A DNA stretch of 64,000 nt, taken from Centroscyllium fabricii (taxonomy: Eukaryota). The first letter of the stretch is position 1; every line of letters begins with the position of its first letter. The stretch is taken from NCBI GenBank assembly GCA_051313645.2, contig JBNRSN020000010.1:5580001-5644000 (forward strand), given 5' to 3'. The notes beneath the pieces are model-generated. The model was given only the letters and a program-made list of their open reading frames with translations, was not told the origin of the DNA and searched no databases. This document shows, piece after piece, positions 12,026-25,255 of this stretch. Position numbers and translations under genes: made by a program.

Positions 12026-12939
12026 ATCTCCTTTTGTGGTTCTGTGTTAAATTTTGTTGGATAATCGTTGCTGTGAAGCCATTTGGGGCATTTTACTACG
12101 CTAAAGGCGCTATATGAATGCAAGTTCTTGTTGTGTTGGAGGGTCCCTCACTGCTTCAGGGACTCTTGCAGAGGGAAGAGTCTACCGCCGTTTACCTGCC
12201 TACTAACTGGTTGAGAGAGTCTCCATCTCTGAGCCATACATAGGGCAACGAGGTAGGACTCCCAGGGTCTTCTGCGTTGTGGGTCTTCTGCGTTGTGGAT
12301 CTCTGCTTCAGCACGTGTTCCACACCAGGGAGAGCGATTCAAGTTTCTGTTGGTTTATCATAGAATTGTACAGCACAGAAGGAGGCCATTCGGCCCATTC
12401 TGCCTGTGCTGGCTCTTTGAAAGAGCTATCCAAATAGACCAATTTCCTGCTGCCCTTTCCCATTCAAGCACTTATCTGATTCCCTTTTGAAAGTTACTTT
12501 TGAATCTGCTCCCACCACCCTTTCAGGCAGCGCATTCCTAACTCGCTGTGTTTTTAAAATTCTCCCATCTTTCCTTCGGGTTCTTTTGCCAATTACTATG
12601 AATCTGTGTCCTCTGGGGTTTTTTTAGGTGTGTTCGTGTGATGTAGGTGTCGCTGGCAAGGCCAGCATTTATTGCCCATCTCTAATTGCCCTTGAGCAGG
12701 TGGTGGTGAGTCGCCTTCTTGAACCGCTTCAGTCCGTGTGGTGAAGGTGCTCCCACAGTGCTGTTAGGGGAGGGAGTTCCAGGATTTTGACCCAGCGACG
12801 GTGAAGGATCGGCGATATACTTCCAAGCCAAGATAGTGTGTGACGAGAGTGAACTTGGCGGTGACGGTGTTCCCATGCGCCTGCTGCCCTTGTCCTTCTA
12901 GGTGGAAGAGGTTGCGGGTTTGGGAGGTGCTGCGAAGAA

Positions 12940-14927
12940 GATAGAAACATAAAAACATAGAAAATAGGTGCAGGAGTAGCCCATTCGGTCCTTCGAGCCT
13001 GCACCGCCATTTAATGCGTTCATGGCTGAACATGCTACCCCATTCCTGCTTTCTCGCCATACCCCTTGATCCCCCTAGTTGTGAGTATTATATCTAACTC
13101 CCTTTTGAATATATTTAGCGAACTGGCCTCAACAACATAGAACATAGAACATACAGCACTGTACAGGCTCTTGGGCCCTCAATGTAGTGCCGCCCTTATT
13201 CCGTCTCTGATTTTTCCTGTCCCCCCTACTGTTCCTTCCCTTCCATGTACCTGTCTATCATCCTTTTAAAAGCACCCAGACTGTCCGCATCCACTATTTC
13301 AGATGGTAGCCTATTCCATTCCCCGACCACTCTTTGTGTGAAGAACTTGCCCCTGCCATCCCGTCTGAATCTTCCTCCTTGAATCTTGTGCTCGTGTCCT
13401 CTTGTTGTCGTTCTTCCCGCCCGGGGAAACAGTCTTTGCACATTTACTCTGTCGATCCCCTTCATCATTTTATACATCTCTATCAGGTCCCCCCTCTTCC
13501 TTCTTCGTTCCAGGGAGAAGAGTCCCAGTTCCCTTAACCGTTCCTCGTATGACTTTCCCCCCATTCCCGGCAGCATCCTGGTGAATCTCCTCTGCACTCT
13601 TTCCAGTGCCTCCACATCCCTCCTGTAGTACGGTGCCCAGAACTGCACACAGTACTCCACGTGTGGTCTCACCAGTGACCTGTACAACTGCAGCATGACC
13701 TCCCGGTTCTTAAACTCTATTCCCCTGTTGATGAAGGCCAATACACCATAGGCCTTTTTTACTGCTTTGTCCACCTGGGTGGCAGCCTTCAGTGATCTGT
13801 GTACATATACTCCCAGATCCCTTTGCTCCTCTGCTTCACTCAGGATCCTGCCGTTGACCCTATATTCCCTCTTCCTATTTGCCCTGCCGAAGTGCATCAC
13901 CTCGCATTTCCCTGTGTTGAACTCCATTTGCCATTCTTCAGCCCAGCTCTGCATCCTGTCTATATCCCTCTGAATCGTTCTACTCCCTTCCTCCTCATCC
14001 ACTACTCCCCCAATCTTTGTGTCATCTGCAAATTTGCTGACCCACCCCTCAGCCCCCTCCTCCAAGTCATTGATGAAGATTACAAACAGTAGTGGCCCCA
14101 ACACCGACCCCTGTGGTACCCCGCTGGTGACCGGTCTCCAGCTCGAGTATTGGCCTTCTACCACTTCTGTGGCAGAGAATTCCACAGATTCACCACTCTC
14201 TGGGTGAAGAAGTTCCTCCTCATCTCAGTCTTAAATGGCCTCCCCTTTATCCTTAGACTGTGACCCCTGGTTCTAGTCTTCCCTAACATTGGAAACATTC
14301 TGCCCGCATCTAACTTGTCTAAACCAGTCAGGATTTTAAACATCTCTATAAGATCCCCCCTCATTCTTCTGAACTCCAGAGGATACAAGTTCAGTTGATC
14401 TAGTCTTTCTTGATATGTCAGTCCGGCCATCCCAGGAATCAATCTAGTGAACCTTCGCTGCACTCCCTCAATAGCAAGAATGTCCTTCCTCAAGTTAGGA
14501 GACCAAAACTGCACACAATACTCCAGGTGTGGCCTCACCAAGGCCCTGTACAACTGTAGCAACACCTCCCTACTCCTGTACTCAAATCCCCTTGCTATGA
14601 AGGCCATCATGCCATTTGCTTTCTTGACCGCCTGCTGCACTTGCATTCCCACCTTCAGTGACTGATGTACCATGATGCCCAGGTCTCGTTGCACCTCCCC
14701 TTTCCCTAATCTGCCACCATTCAGATAATAGTCTGCCTCTCTATTTTTACCATCAAAGTGGATAACCTCACATTTATCTACATTGTACTTCATCTGCCAT
14801 ACATTTGCCCATTCACCCAACCTGTCCAAGTCACTCTGTAGCCTCCTAGCATCCTCCTCATTGTTCACACTGCCTCCCAATTTAGTGTCATCTGCAAATT
14901 TGGAGATACTACAATTAATCCCTTCGT
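12940..14927 (-). mobile_element. CR1 LINE 3' fragment (body 14158-14927, tail 12940-13134)
   Basis: SKFADDTKLGG...RPHLEYCVQFWSP; almost identical to the + strand copy at 48088-49035. Confidence 0.9.
13135..14157 (-). mobile_element. Second CR1 family 3' fragment nested inside the previous CR1
   Basis: Uninterrupted 319-aa ORF with GVPQGSVLGPLLF and KFADD; (TTCTATG)n-type tail at 13135-13155. Confidence 0.9.
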
Positions 14928-15992
14928 ACACACTGCAATCACAGTACGCCGGTGGTGGAGGGAGTGAATGTTTAAGGTGGTGGATGGGGTGCCAATCAAG
15001 CAGGCTGCTTTGTCCTGGATGGTCGAGCTTCTTCAGTGTTGTTGGAGCTGCACTCTTCCAGGCAAGTGGAGAGTATTCCATCACACTCCTTACTTGTGCT
15101 TTGTAGATGGTGGAAAGGCTTTGGCGAGTCAGGAGGTGTGAGACTCATCGCCGCAGAATACCCAGCCTGTGACCTCTTGTTGCCACAGTATGGCTGGTCT
15201 AGTTAAGTTTCTGGTTAATGGTGACCCCCCCCAGGATGTTGATGGTGGGGGATTCGGCGATGGTAATGCCGTTGAATGTCAAGGGGCGGTGGTTAGACTC
15301 TTGCTTGTTGGAGATAGTCATTTCCTGGCACTTCTGTGGCGCGAATGTTACCTGCCACTTATCTGCCCAAGCCTGAATGTCGTCGAGATCTTGTTGCATG
15401 CGGGCATGGACTGCTTCATTATTTGAGGAGTTGTGAATGTCGCTGAACGCTGCAGTCATCAACGAACATCCCCATTTCTGACCTTACGTTGGAGGGAAGG
15501 TCATTGATGAAGATGGTTGGGCCGAGGACACTGCCCTGAGGAACTCCTGCAGTGATGTCCTGAGGCTGTGATGATTGACCCCCAACCACCACAACCATCT
15601 TCCTTTGTGCTAGGTATGACTCCAGCCAGTGGAGCGTTTTCCCCTTGATTCCCATTGACTTCAGTTTTATTCAGGCTCCTTGATGCCACACTCAGTCAAA
15701 TGCTGCCTTGATGTCAAGGGCAGCCACTCTCACCTCACCTCTAGAATTCAGCACCTTTGTCCATGTTTGGACCAAGGCTGTAATGAGGTCGGGACCCGAG
15801 TGGTCTTGGCGGAGCCCAAACCGGGCATCAGTGAGCAGGTTATTAGTGAGTAAGTGCCGCTTGATAGCATTGTCGACAACACCTTCCATCACTTTGCTGA
15901 TGATTGAGAGCAGACTGATGGGGCGGTAATTGGGCGGCTTGGATTTGTCCTGCTTTTTGTGGACAGGACATACCTGGTCAGTTTTCCACATT

Positions 15993-16225
15993 ATAGAAAC
16001 ATGGAAGATAGGAGCAGGAGTAGGCCATTCGGCCCTTCGAGCCTGCTCCGCCATTCAATGAGATCATGGCTGATCATCCCAACCCAGTACCCTGTCCCTG
16101 CCTTGTTCCCATATCCCTCGATCCCTATCGAGCCTGCACCGACACATATCCCACCCTATCCCCGTAACCCCACATATTCAATCCCCCTAACACTAAGGGT
16201 CAATTTATCATGGCCAATCAACCTA
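15993..16225 (-). mobile_element. 5'-truncated HE1-like SINE
   Basis: Matches the 3' half of 10611-10981. Confidence 0.85.
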
Positions 16226-16907
16226 CATTGTCAGATAGATGCCAGTGTTGTAGCTGTACTAGAACAGCTTGGCTAGTTCTGGAGCACAAGTCTTCAGCAC
16301 GATAGCCAGGATGTTGTCGGGACCCAAAGCCTTTGCTGTATCCAGTGCGCTCAGCCGTTTCTTGATATCATGTGGAGTGAATCGAATTGGCTGACGACTG
16401 GCTTCTGTGATGGTGGGGACCATAGGAGTAGGCTGATATGGATCATCCACTTGGCACTTCTGGCTGAAGTTGGTTGCAAGTGGTTCAGCCTTGTCTTTTG
16501 CGCTCACGTGCTGGGCTCCACCATCATTGAGGATGAGAATATTCTTGGAGCCACCTCCTCCCGTTAGTTGTTTAATGGTCCACCACCATTCGCGACTGGA
16601 TGTGGCAGGACTGCAGAGTTTTGATCTGATCTGTTGATTGTGGGATTGCTTAGCCCTGTCTATAGCATGCTGCTTCTGCTTTTTAGCATGCATGTAGTCC
16701 TGTGTTGCAGATTCCCCAGGTTAGTACCTCATTTTTAGGGAGCAGCACGCTCTTCTACACTCCTTATTGAACCAGGGTTGGTCCCCTGGCTTGGTGCTAA
16801 TGGTAGAGTGAAGGATATGCCGGGCCATGAGGTTACAGATTGTGGTGGAATACAATTCTGCTGCTGCTGGTGGCCCATAGCGCCTCATGGATGCCCAGTT
16901 TTGAGCG

Positions 16908-17503
16908 TGGACCATGTACAGCAGGCACCTCAAAGCACTGGAGAGGTACCACCAACGCTACCTCCGCAAGATCCTGCAAATCCATTGGCAGGATTGGCGC
17001 ACCAACGTCAGTGCTCTTGCTCAGGCCAACATCCCCAGCATCGAAGCTTTGACCATGCTCGATCAGCTCCGATGGACGGGTCACATCGTCCGCATACCCG
17101 ATACGAGACTCCCAAAACAAGCGCTCTACTCGGAGCTCTGGCACGGCAAGAGAGCCCCAGGTGGGCAGAGGAAATGCTTCAAGGACACCCTCAAAGCCTC
17201 CTCGAAAAGGTGTAACATCCCCACCGACATCTGGGAATCCCTGGCCCAAGACCACACACAGTGGAGGAGAAGCAGCCGGGAAGGCGCCGACGACCTCGAG
17301 TCTCTTCGCCAGGAGCAAGTGGAAGCCAAGCGCAAGGAGCGCACATCAACCCCAGCACGCCACCCGCCCGCCCCTTCAACCACCGTCTGCCCCACCTGTG
17401 ACAGAAACTGTAGGTCCCACATTGGACTCATCCGTCACCTGAGAACTCATTTTTAATGTGGAAGTAAGTCCTCCTCGGTTCTGAGGGACTGCCTAAGAAG
17501 AAG
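16908..17503 (+). mobile_element. RTE-clade LINE 3' fragment
   Basis: ORF 16914-17456 with LERYHQRYLRKIL.IHWQD, QLRWTGHIVR.PDTRLPKQ and a C-terminal C2H2 (CPTC...HLRTH); (AAG)n tail; flanking GAGC duplication. Confidence 0.9.
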
Positions 17504-18459
17504 AGCTAGATCTGTTCTGAATCTACCCCATTTAGCACGGTGGTAGTGCTACACAACACGAGGGTGTCCTCCGTGTGAAGGCGGGACTTCATCTCCACAT
17601 TGACCATGCCCTCATGGACAGCTGCATCTGCGACAGGTACATTGGTGAGGACGAGGTCAAGTAGGTTCTTCCCCTCGTTGGTTCTCACCAAATGTCGCAG
17701 GCCCAGACTGGTAGCCATGTCCTTTAGGACTCGGCCAGCAGTGCTGCTACTGAGCCACTCTTGGTGATGGGCATTGAAGTCCCCCACCCAGAGTGCATTC
17801 TGTGCCCTTAGCTACTCTCACTGTTCAACATGGAGGAGTACTGATTCATCAGCTGAGGGGAGGGCAGTAGGTGGTGATCGGCAGGGGGTTTCCTTGCTCA
17901 TGTTTGAGCGGAAACCATGAGACTTCATGGGGTCCAGAGTAAAATGTTGAGGACTCCCAGTGCCACTCCTCCCGACTGAATACCACTGTGCCGCCCTGGT
18001 GGATCTGACCTGCCGGTGGGACATTGGCTGAAAGGTAGGTGTATGACTATGTCAGGCTGTTGCTTGATTAGTCTGTGGGACAGCTCAACTGGGCTGGGCG
18101 TGCCATAGCCGGTGCCGAGGACGATGTTCCGTCCAGTTTTATTATTGTGTTTCTTAGTGGTTTATTACAACCGAGTGGCTTGCTAAGCACTATTTCAGAA
18201 GGCAGTTAAGAGCCAACCACATTGCTGTGGGTCTGGAGTCACACATCGGCCAGACCAGGTAAGGGCGGCAGATTTCCTTCCCTAAAGAATGTTAGTGAAC
18301 CAGATGGGTTTTTAACGACATCCGATAGTTTCATGGTTACGATTACTGACACTTGCTTTTTATTCCAGATTTATTTAATTTACTAAATTTAAATTACCCC
18401 AGTGGTGGGATTCATACCGTGGTGCGATTTGAACTCGTGTCTATTGGAGCATTAGACTT

Positions 18460-21400
18460 GCACTTTATGCTGATTGTGAAAGGGGTCAGGAAGCCGAGAG
18501 GGTCGAAGATGCGTGCAGACGACTGCAGAACGCTGTTCTTTGTATTCTCCCTTTGCTTTAGAATGCTCACTGGTGGCCTGAGGTCAAACACGAAGTCATC
18601 GGTTTCTAGTCTCCACACTAAGCCTAACACCTTCAGCACTGCTCCGTGTGTTTCTGGCACCAACGTGTGGTCAGTCATACACTCCTCCCATTTCCCTTTC
18701 AGCTCAGGAGAGTTGGTCATCCACTTACAGAGGTCCATGCCTGCAGTCGACAGCATTTGCTTTGCGGTTGTTGTCACAGAGTAAGCCTCTTCCACATTGT
18801 GGGAACTTGCAATGAAGTCATCTGCATCGAGTGACTCTCTCAATGTCTCTACAACTTGTGGTTGTTCTGTTTCATATTGTTTCAGGTGCTTCTTGATTGT
18901 AGCTGCGAGCAAGAATGGACTCGGGGAGGCTCCAAACACCACTCTGGTCATCCTCAGCACGCGCAGCTCCTCATCATTTTCTCCATTTGGTGGGCCTGTG
19001 AGCCACAGGAATCTCACGGCGTCTCTGTCTCTCTCTGCTAGGTTTATCCGCAGGAAAGCCTTCTTGATGTCTGCCATGAATGCAATCTCGTTTAGTCTGA
19101 ACTTAATTAGAACACTGAGAAGATCTGGATTCAGGTTCGGCCCTGTGAGTAGACAGTCATTGAGGGATAGACAGCCATCTTCATGGGACGAAGCATCAAA
19201 CACCATTCTCAGTTTTGTCGTCACCTTGTCCTCTTGGAGTACTGCATGGTGAGGTAAGTAGTATTCCATGTTGTCTGCACTTGATGCGTTGTCCTTCGGC
19301 ATGTCCTCCGCAATACCCTGTTGTAAGTAGTCCCCCACTACTTCGTTGTATCTGCTGTACAACGTCACATCCTTCTTCAGTCTTTTCTTCATACCTTCAA
19401 ACCTCTTCTTGGCGATTCTGTAGTTGTCATGGAGTTCTGCTCTTTCTGGTTTCCATGGCAACTCCACGTAGTATCGTCCATCTTTGAAAGTTGTTCTCTC
19501 GAACATCTGTAGAGACTCTTATTCTGGGTTCTGTGTTTTCTCGCTTGTGATGCCCAGAGACTCGATCTCCCAGAATGCATGCAGTTGCTTGGAGACTAGT
19601 GTGTCCTCATCAAGTGGGATGAGCATGCATGTTGCCTCGGCGACACTTGACATGGACACTGGTCCCTGCACCGACCATCTGAAGGTGCTCTCCAATGCAA
19701 CCAAAGTCTCTGTCAGTCTCTCCACTCTGCCTGATACTATCTGTCAGTAGTAGTCTGCTCCTATCAGGACAGAGAGTTCAAGATCAGCGTAATCTCCTGG
19801 AAAGTCTGCTAACTGCAGTCCTTTCCTCTTGAGCTTGTGATGAATCTGCTCACCAGGAACCTTCATCACTGCTGAACACACCCGTGGGGTTTTTATTGCT
19901 TCTATTTCAATTCTCTGCTGGTTGTCCCAGACATTCTCCAAGATGACTTTCACTGCATTGTGTCGTGACGTTGCTGGGGCAGAGGAGCCAAACGTGTGAA
20001 GGGTGAGTGCCTCTTGTCTGATTACTGGTAGCTTCAGGCTCTTCACGAGGTTTTCATGTACAAAGCTTCTCTGACTGCCTCCATCTAGTAAGCAACGAGC
20101 TATCTTCCTGCCCGATGGGCCCTCCACCCATGCCTTTGCAGTTTGTAGCAGCACAGTGTTCTGCCCGTCTGGTTTCATCTTCACTGAGTGGGAAATAACT
20201 GAGGAAACAACAGCATCTTCAGAAAAAGTGGGGGTCTGCACCTCACTTCTCTTCCCAGTACACACAGCAATGTGATGTTTACTTCCACATGTTGCACAGG
20301 GCACATCCTTCACTCTACAGAATTTTGCGATGTGTCTCTGTCCTAAACACACAAAGCATCTTCCCAGCCTTCTCAATTTGACCTTGCGTTTCGCAACGTT
20401 GTGGTCTGGGCAATGTTCTGATTTATGGTCTGCACTGTCACAGAATAAACAGTTGTGTGTCCTTTGACTGGCTGTGTGCAGTGCGGCAGCAGATGGTATG
20501 CTGGGTCTTTTTGTTTTCATTTCACTGTAGGAGCATGACTGTTTCCATGGTCTGCTCTCTTTCTTTTGGTTACATGATCTTGTCATTTGTAGTGCTCTCT
20601 CCCTGCTCTGAACTTCCTTCTGTAGGAATGTGACTAACTCCGGATACCTTCCATTCATCATCTACTCCCCTCTGACAACTATAGTCAAGAGCTATGTTCT
20701 CTGGAATCATCTGTAGTAAGATTGGGCATAGTAGGCTTCCGACACTACACCCAGTGATTCCAAGCTTCTAATCTGAATTTCACATTCATCATATAGCTGC
20801 CTCAAGGCATTTACATCAGAGGATTTCTTCACAGAAGTTAGATTCAGCAGCTTTGACATGTGAGCACTGATCACAAGATCTTTCCTTCTAAATCTACTTT
20901 TAAGTAGAGTGATTGCATCATCATAATTATCGTCTGTTAACATCAGTCCTGCTACTGCCTTTGCAGCTGGCCCGGTGAGATAGGTTTTCAGATAGGTAAA
21001 CTTCTTTCTGTTGCACAGTGCATCATTGTTGTGAACAGCAGTCTCAAACTGGCTCCAAAACTCCTGCCACATACTGACTTCTCCATTGTATCTGTCGATA
21101 ATCAGTTTTGGTAGCTTTACTGATTGTCTCTGCGATCTGCCTGAGCTGCCTTCACTCACCCCCTGCGGCGCTGGTGGTGGACGGAGGTCCTCTTTTCTTT
21201 GTATCATGCGCTGCGCACGGCTCTTCAGCATGATGATGCGCTCCTTACATTCCTCCGTGGTTTCAACCTCTGTATCCAACTCCTCTAATAGAGTTAACTG
21301 TTCAATTCCACGGTCAAGTTGAAACAAACTTTCCGTCTTGGCTGCCAGCATTTCTAACAACATACTCAAGTGATCGGTATCAGGATTTTGCCTACCCAAC

Positions 21401-21797
21401 TCCGATTCAATCTGATTCAAAACTCGAATAGTAGCACATCGGATCGCACTCCGCTTTCTTCTCATTCTGCTTCGGTCCAACGTTCCTCTTCATGGTTCAT
21501 CCTACTCCCGGGTTTCGGCATCAAAATATGTAGTGAAAACTACTTTCAAATAAGGACGCGAGACGTCGGATGTAAGAATAAAAAGAATCTTTATCTTTAA
21601 CCTTGGATCGTTGCATTACAGCATTCAATAAAGATCGTGGCTTGATCTGGAGGCAGGAGACACGCTGGAGGAGCTCCCCACAGTCCGGAGTAAATTCAAA
21701 TCTAAAATGCCCGCCACACACGCTGCCAATGTCATGACGTCATCGCGCTCTGGACGCTCTTAAAGGGACCCTGCATCTTAATAGCAAATATAATACA
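18460..21797 (-). mobile_element. BEL/Pao LTR retrotransposon, 3'-truncated (5' LTR, gag, protease, RT, start of RNase H; no integrase or 3' LTR)
   Basis: Gag VKLPKL.I..Y.G....WQEFW, Cys/His knuckles, protease LLDGGSQRSF, RT YYLPHH.V....KVTTKLR.VFDAS, ADIKKAF and FGASPSPFLL; several frameshifts. Putative LTR 21529-21797 with TGTA...TACA termini. Confidence 0.92.
21506..21523 (-). promoter_or_regulatory. Primer-binding site, tRNA-Phe type
   Basis: The minus strand reads TGATGCCGAAACCCGGGA, one mismatch from TGGTGCCGAAACCCGGGA (complement of the tRNA-Phe 3' end), 5 nt from the LTR end. Confidence 0.85.
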
Positions 21798-21895
21798 AAG
21801 GAAATGTATTTCTTGCCTGTAAATCACTGTAAACGATATTCAGATACATTCAATGCAGTAAATGTAAACATTAACAACGTAACCTATTAAGTTGC

Positions 21896-22071
21896 AACAG
21901 TCGGGCCCAGGCCGGTGCCAGACTAGTGAAAAATCCGAACGACTGAAGCTTCGGCGAGCGCATGTGCAGACCATTCAAAATGGCTGCCGCGCATGCGCGA
22001 ACCATTCCATTTTTCACTAGTCCGGCACCGGCCTGGCCCCGCCGGTGCCGGATTAACAGTGTTGGACCTGT
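21896..22071. mobile_element. pogo/Tigger-like MITE remnant
   Basis: Internal inverted repeat CCAGGCCGGTGCCAGACTAGTGAAAAAT / ATTTTTCACTAGTCCGGCACCGGCCTGG; ends GCCGGATTAACAGTGTTGGACCTG-TA, similar to the MITE end at 39259. Confidence 0.6.
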
Positions 22072-22865
22072 ATTAAAAAGAGTATCATTACATTGAACTG
22101 GCATTTCTGTACTGTTAGTATTAAATGAAATTGCATTCACAGGAACCATGTTTCAGAACCATGCAATCCTTCCATTTTGTCTGAACTGAGAGTGATGAAA
22201 AACCAACCATTTAACTCTAACACTGATGCGAAACTCTGGCCCCAGTGCCTGCATAAACAATATCCACTTTCGGATCCTGTTAAGAAGAGGATGTGCAGTC
22301 ATGTTCCCGTATTTGTGCTAGCTCATTGTCCGAATGCTGGAACAGATTTGCCATTAGCTGCCTGATATTTCACAAAGCCACAGTCAAGAATGAAAGTTGA
22401 GGTGATGAATGGTTTGGCAATTGGGAGATTTGAATAGGATAGAACCAGAGGCACTGCACTAAGAGAAAGGACTTATCGCACAGAAACTGGAGAAATGACA
22501 GTGTGAGCCCAAATTGTGGTGCTGGGTTTCAATCTATAGTTCAATGAAGGATTAAAGTGGCATTAATCAGATTCCCATTTCACGTGCCACAACTTGATCT
22601 AAAATCTTTACCTTATAGTGGCCAGGACATTCGGACTCAAAGTTACAAATCAACACAGAGGTCCGAGCATTAAACTATGTTTGCGTACAATTTACACCAA
22701 AAACTTAAACACCCTATAAAAGCTGCACCCCACAATAAAGTAATGTAAATGGGGTTTAAGAGCTGCGCGAAATTCATTATTGAAGAAAGGTGATTTGTGT
22801 TGAATAATTCAAGTCTCTGAAGTAAAGACTAACATACAAACCGTTAACTCCATTTGCTCCAGATA

Positions 22866-23125
22866 CATGCGCAGACCAGTCGGGGAGAGGCCTGGGCATG
22901 CGCAGCCAATCAAAATGGCCGCTGCGCATGCGTGGTGGCCATTTTGAATGGTTTGCGCATGCGCGGTGGCCATTTTGAATGGTTTGCGCATGCGTGGCGG
23001 CCATTTTGAATGGTTTGCGCATGCGCGGCAGCCATTTTGAATGGTCTGCATGCGCAAACCAGTCGGGGAGAGGCCCAGATTCAGGCCGGACGACTGAAGT
23101 TTCCGGATTAACGGTGTCTGGATTA
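22866..23125. repeat. 31-bp tandem array (about 4 copies) inside a probable MITE remnant
   Basis: Unit GGCCATTTTGAATGGTTTGCGCATGCGCGGT, bracketed by the direct repeat CATGCGCA.ACCAGTCGGGGAGAGGCC. Confidence 0.8.
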
Positions 23126-23220
23126 TGCTGCTGTTCCCGCTAGGTTACCCGACCCTCCTGCCACTGGAAACAGTTTCTCCTTATTGAATACATCTATTAA
23201 ATCTCCCCTTAACCTCTGCT

Positions 23221-23675
23221 ATGACGTGTGAGGAGAGACTGGGTCGATTGGGCTTGTATTCGCTGGAGTTTAGAAGAATGAGAGGGGATCTCATGAAAAC
23301 TTATAAAATTCTAACAGGACTGGATAGACTAGAAGCAGGAAAGATGTTCCCGAAAGGCGGGGAGTCCAGAGCCAGGAGTCACAGTCTAAGGATAAGGGGT
23401 AGGCCATTTAGGACTGAGATGAGGAGGAATTTCTTCACCCAGAGAGTGGTGAACCTGTGGAATTCTCTGCCACAGAGGGCGGTGGAGGCCAATTCATTAA
23501 ATATATTCAAGAAGGAGTTAGATATATTTCTTGAGGCTAAAGTGATCAAGGGATGTGGGGAGAAAGCAGGGACAGGGTACTGAATTTGGATGATCAGCCA
23601 TGATCTCATTGAATGGCGGAGCAGGCTCAAGGGGCCGAATGACCTACTCCTGCTCCTATCTTCTATGTTTCTATG
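23221..23675 (+). mobile_element. CR1 LINE 3' end inserted into an older - strand CR1 (23130-24390)
   Basis: EERLGRLGLYSLEFRRMRGDL...GCGEKAGTGY* with tail CTATGTTTCTATG; host fragment SKFADDTKL in ORF 24193-24408. Confidence 0.88.
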
Positions 23676-24503
23676 CTCGAAGGAGAACAACCCCAGCTTT
23701 CCAGTGTCCCCACATAACTGAAGTCCTTCATCCCTGGTACCATTCCAGTGAATATCCCTCTGCACCCCCTCCATTGACATCCTTCCAAAAATGTGGTGCC
23801 CCGAATTTTTTTTATTCATTCACACGATGTGGGCGTCACTGACAAGGCCAGCATTTATTGCCCATCCCAATTGTCCTTGAGAAGGTGAATTGACCACTAC
23901 TCCAGCTGAGGCCTGACCAGTGTTTTTTTTACACGGTTTAGTACAACTTCCTTGCTTTTGCACTCTGCCTCTGTTTTCAAGCCAGGGATCCCTTGTACTT
24001 TGTTTTTTTAACAGCCTTCTCAACTTTAAAGATTTGTGTCTGTGCATTCCCAGGTGTCTCTGCTCCTGCAGCCCATTTAAGTTTATATTGCCTCCTCTCA
24101 TTCTTCCTACAAAAATGAATCGCTTCACACATTTCTGCATTAAATCTAATCTGTCATGTGTCTCTGTCCATTTCCCCAGTCTGTCTGTCCTCCTAACGTC
24201 TGTTATTATCCTCGCTGTTTGCTACATATCTGAGTTTTGTGTCATCTGCAAACTTTGAACCGATGCCCTGTCTACCCAAGTCCAGGTCATTAATATATAT
24301 GAAAAAGAGCAGTGTTACGAATACTGATCCCTGGTGGACACCACAGCACACCTCCCTCCAGTCTGAAAAACAACTGTCCAACACTGCTGTAAATTGCTTT
24401 GAACACATGAGTGAGTTACAAAGTGGAATATAATCGAGGGGTTCGGGTGTTTTTTATATATATATATATATATAACCTACCCAGGATTGACTTACAGGCT
24501 GCA

Positions 24504-25165
24504 ACAGTGTAGAGGGAGCTTTACTCTGTATCTAACCCGTGCTGTATCTGCCCTGTGAGTGTTTGATGGGACAATGTAGAGGGAGCTTTACTCTATATCT
24601 AACTCATGCTGTACCTGCTCTGTGAGTGTTTGATGGGACAATGTAGAGAGAGCTTTACTCTATCTAACCCCGTGCTGTACCTGCCCTGGGAGTGTTTGAT
24701 GGGACAGTGTAGAGGGAGCTTTACTCTATCTAACCCGTGCTGTACCTGCCCTGGGAGTGTTTGATGGGACAGTGTAGAGGGAGCTTTGCTCTGTATCTAA
24801 CCTGTGCTGCACCTGCCCTGGGAGTGTTTGATGGGACAGTGTAGAGGGAGCTTTACTCTGTATCTAACCCCGTGCTGTACCTACCCTGGGAGTGTTTGAT
24901 GAGACAGTGTAGAGGGCACTTTACTCTGTATCTAACCCCGTGCTGTACCTGCCCTGGGAGTGTTTGATGGGACAGTGTAGAGGGAGCTTTACTCTATATC
25001 TAACTCATGCTGAACCTGCCCTGTGAGTGTTTGATGGGACAGTGTAGAGGGAGCTTTACTCTGTATCTAACCCGTGCTGTACTTGCCCTGGGAGTGTTTG
25101 ATGGGACAGTGCGGAGGGAGCTTTATTCTGTATCTAACCTGTGTTGGACCTGCCCTGGGAGTGTC
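24504..25165 (+). repeat. about 67-bp minisatellite (about 10 copies)
   Basis: Unit ACAGTGTAGAGGGAGCTTTACTCTGTATCTAACCCGTGCTGTACCTGCCCTGGGAGTGTTTGATGGG; a single copy also lies at 6248-6325. Confidence 0.93.
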
Positions 25166-25255
25166 GGTGTATCGGAAGGCTGTGTTCAGGGTGGAATCTG
25201 TCTTAATTCTGCCCCGGTGGAATTGTTGATCTGATTGCTGTCTCCCTCTGTTCAG

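Larger units (their letters stand above)
12615..18460 (-). mobile_element. Near full-length degraded CR1/Jockey-superfamily LINE interrupted by CR1, SINE and RTE insertions
   Basis: Collinear pieces: APE endonuclease (GDFNAHH, LLDLVLTN; 17506-17787), RT (NYRPISLLSIISKVME, LDIKAAFD, GVPQGSVLGP, MFVDD; 15199-16054), C-terminus 14930-15110 and tail 12615-12935. Confidence 0.85.

Noticed and set aside
14158-15084. 308-aa ORF as a novel fusion protein
   Set aside because: Chance in-frame junction between an inserted CR1 fragment and the LINE it interrupts; the same applies to 63438-63758, 62858-63139 and 40572-40892.
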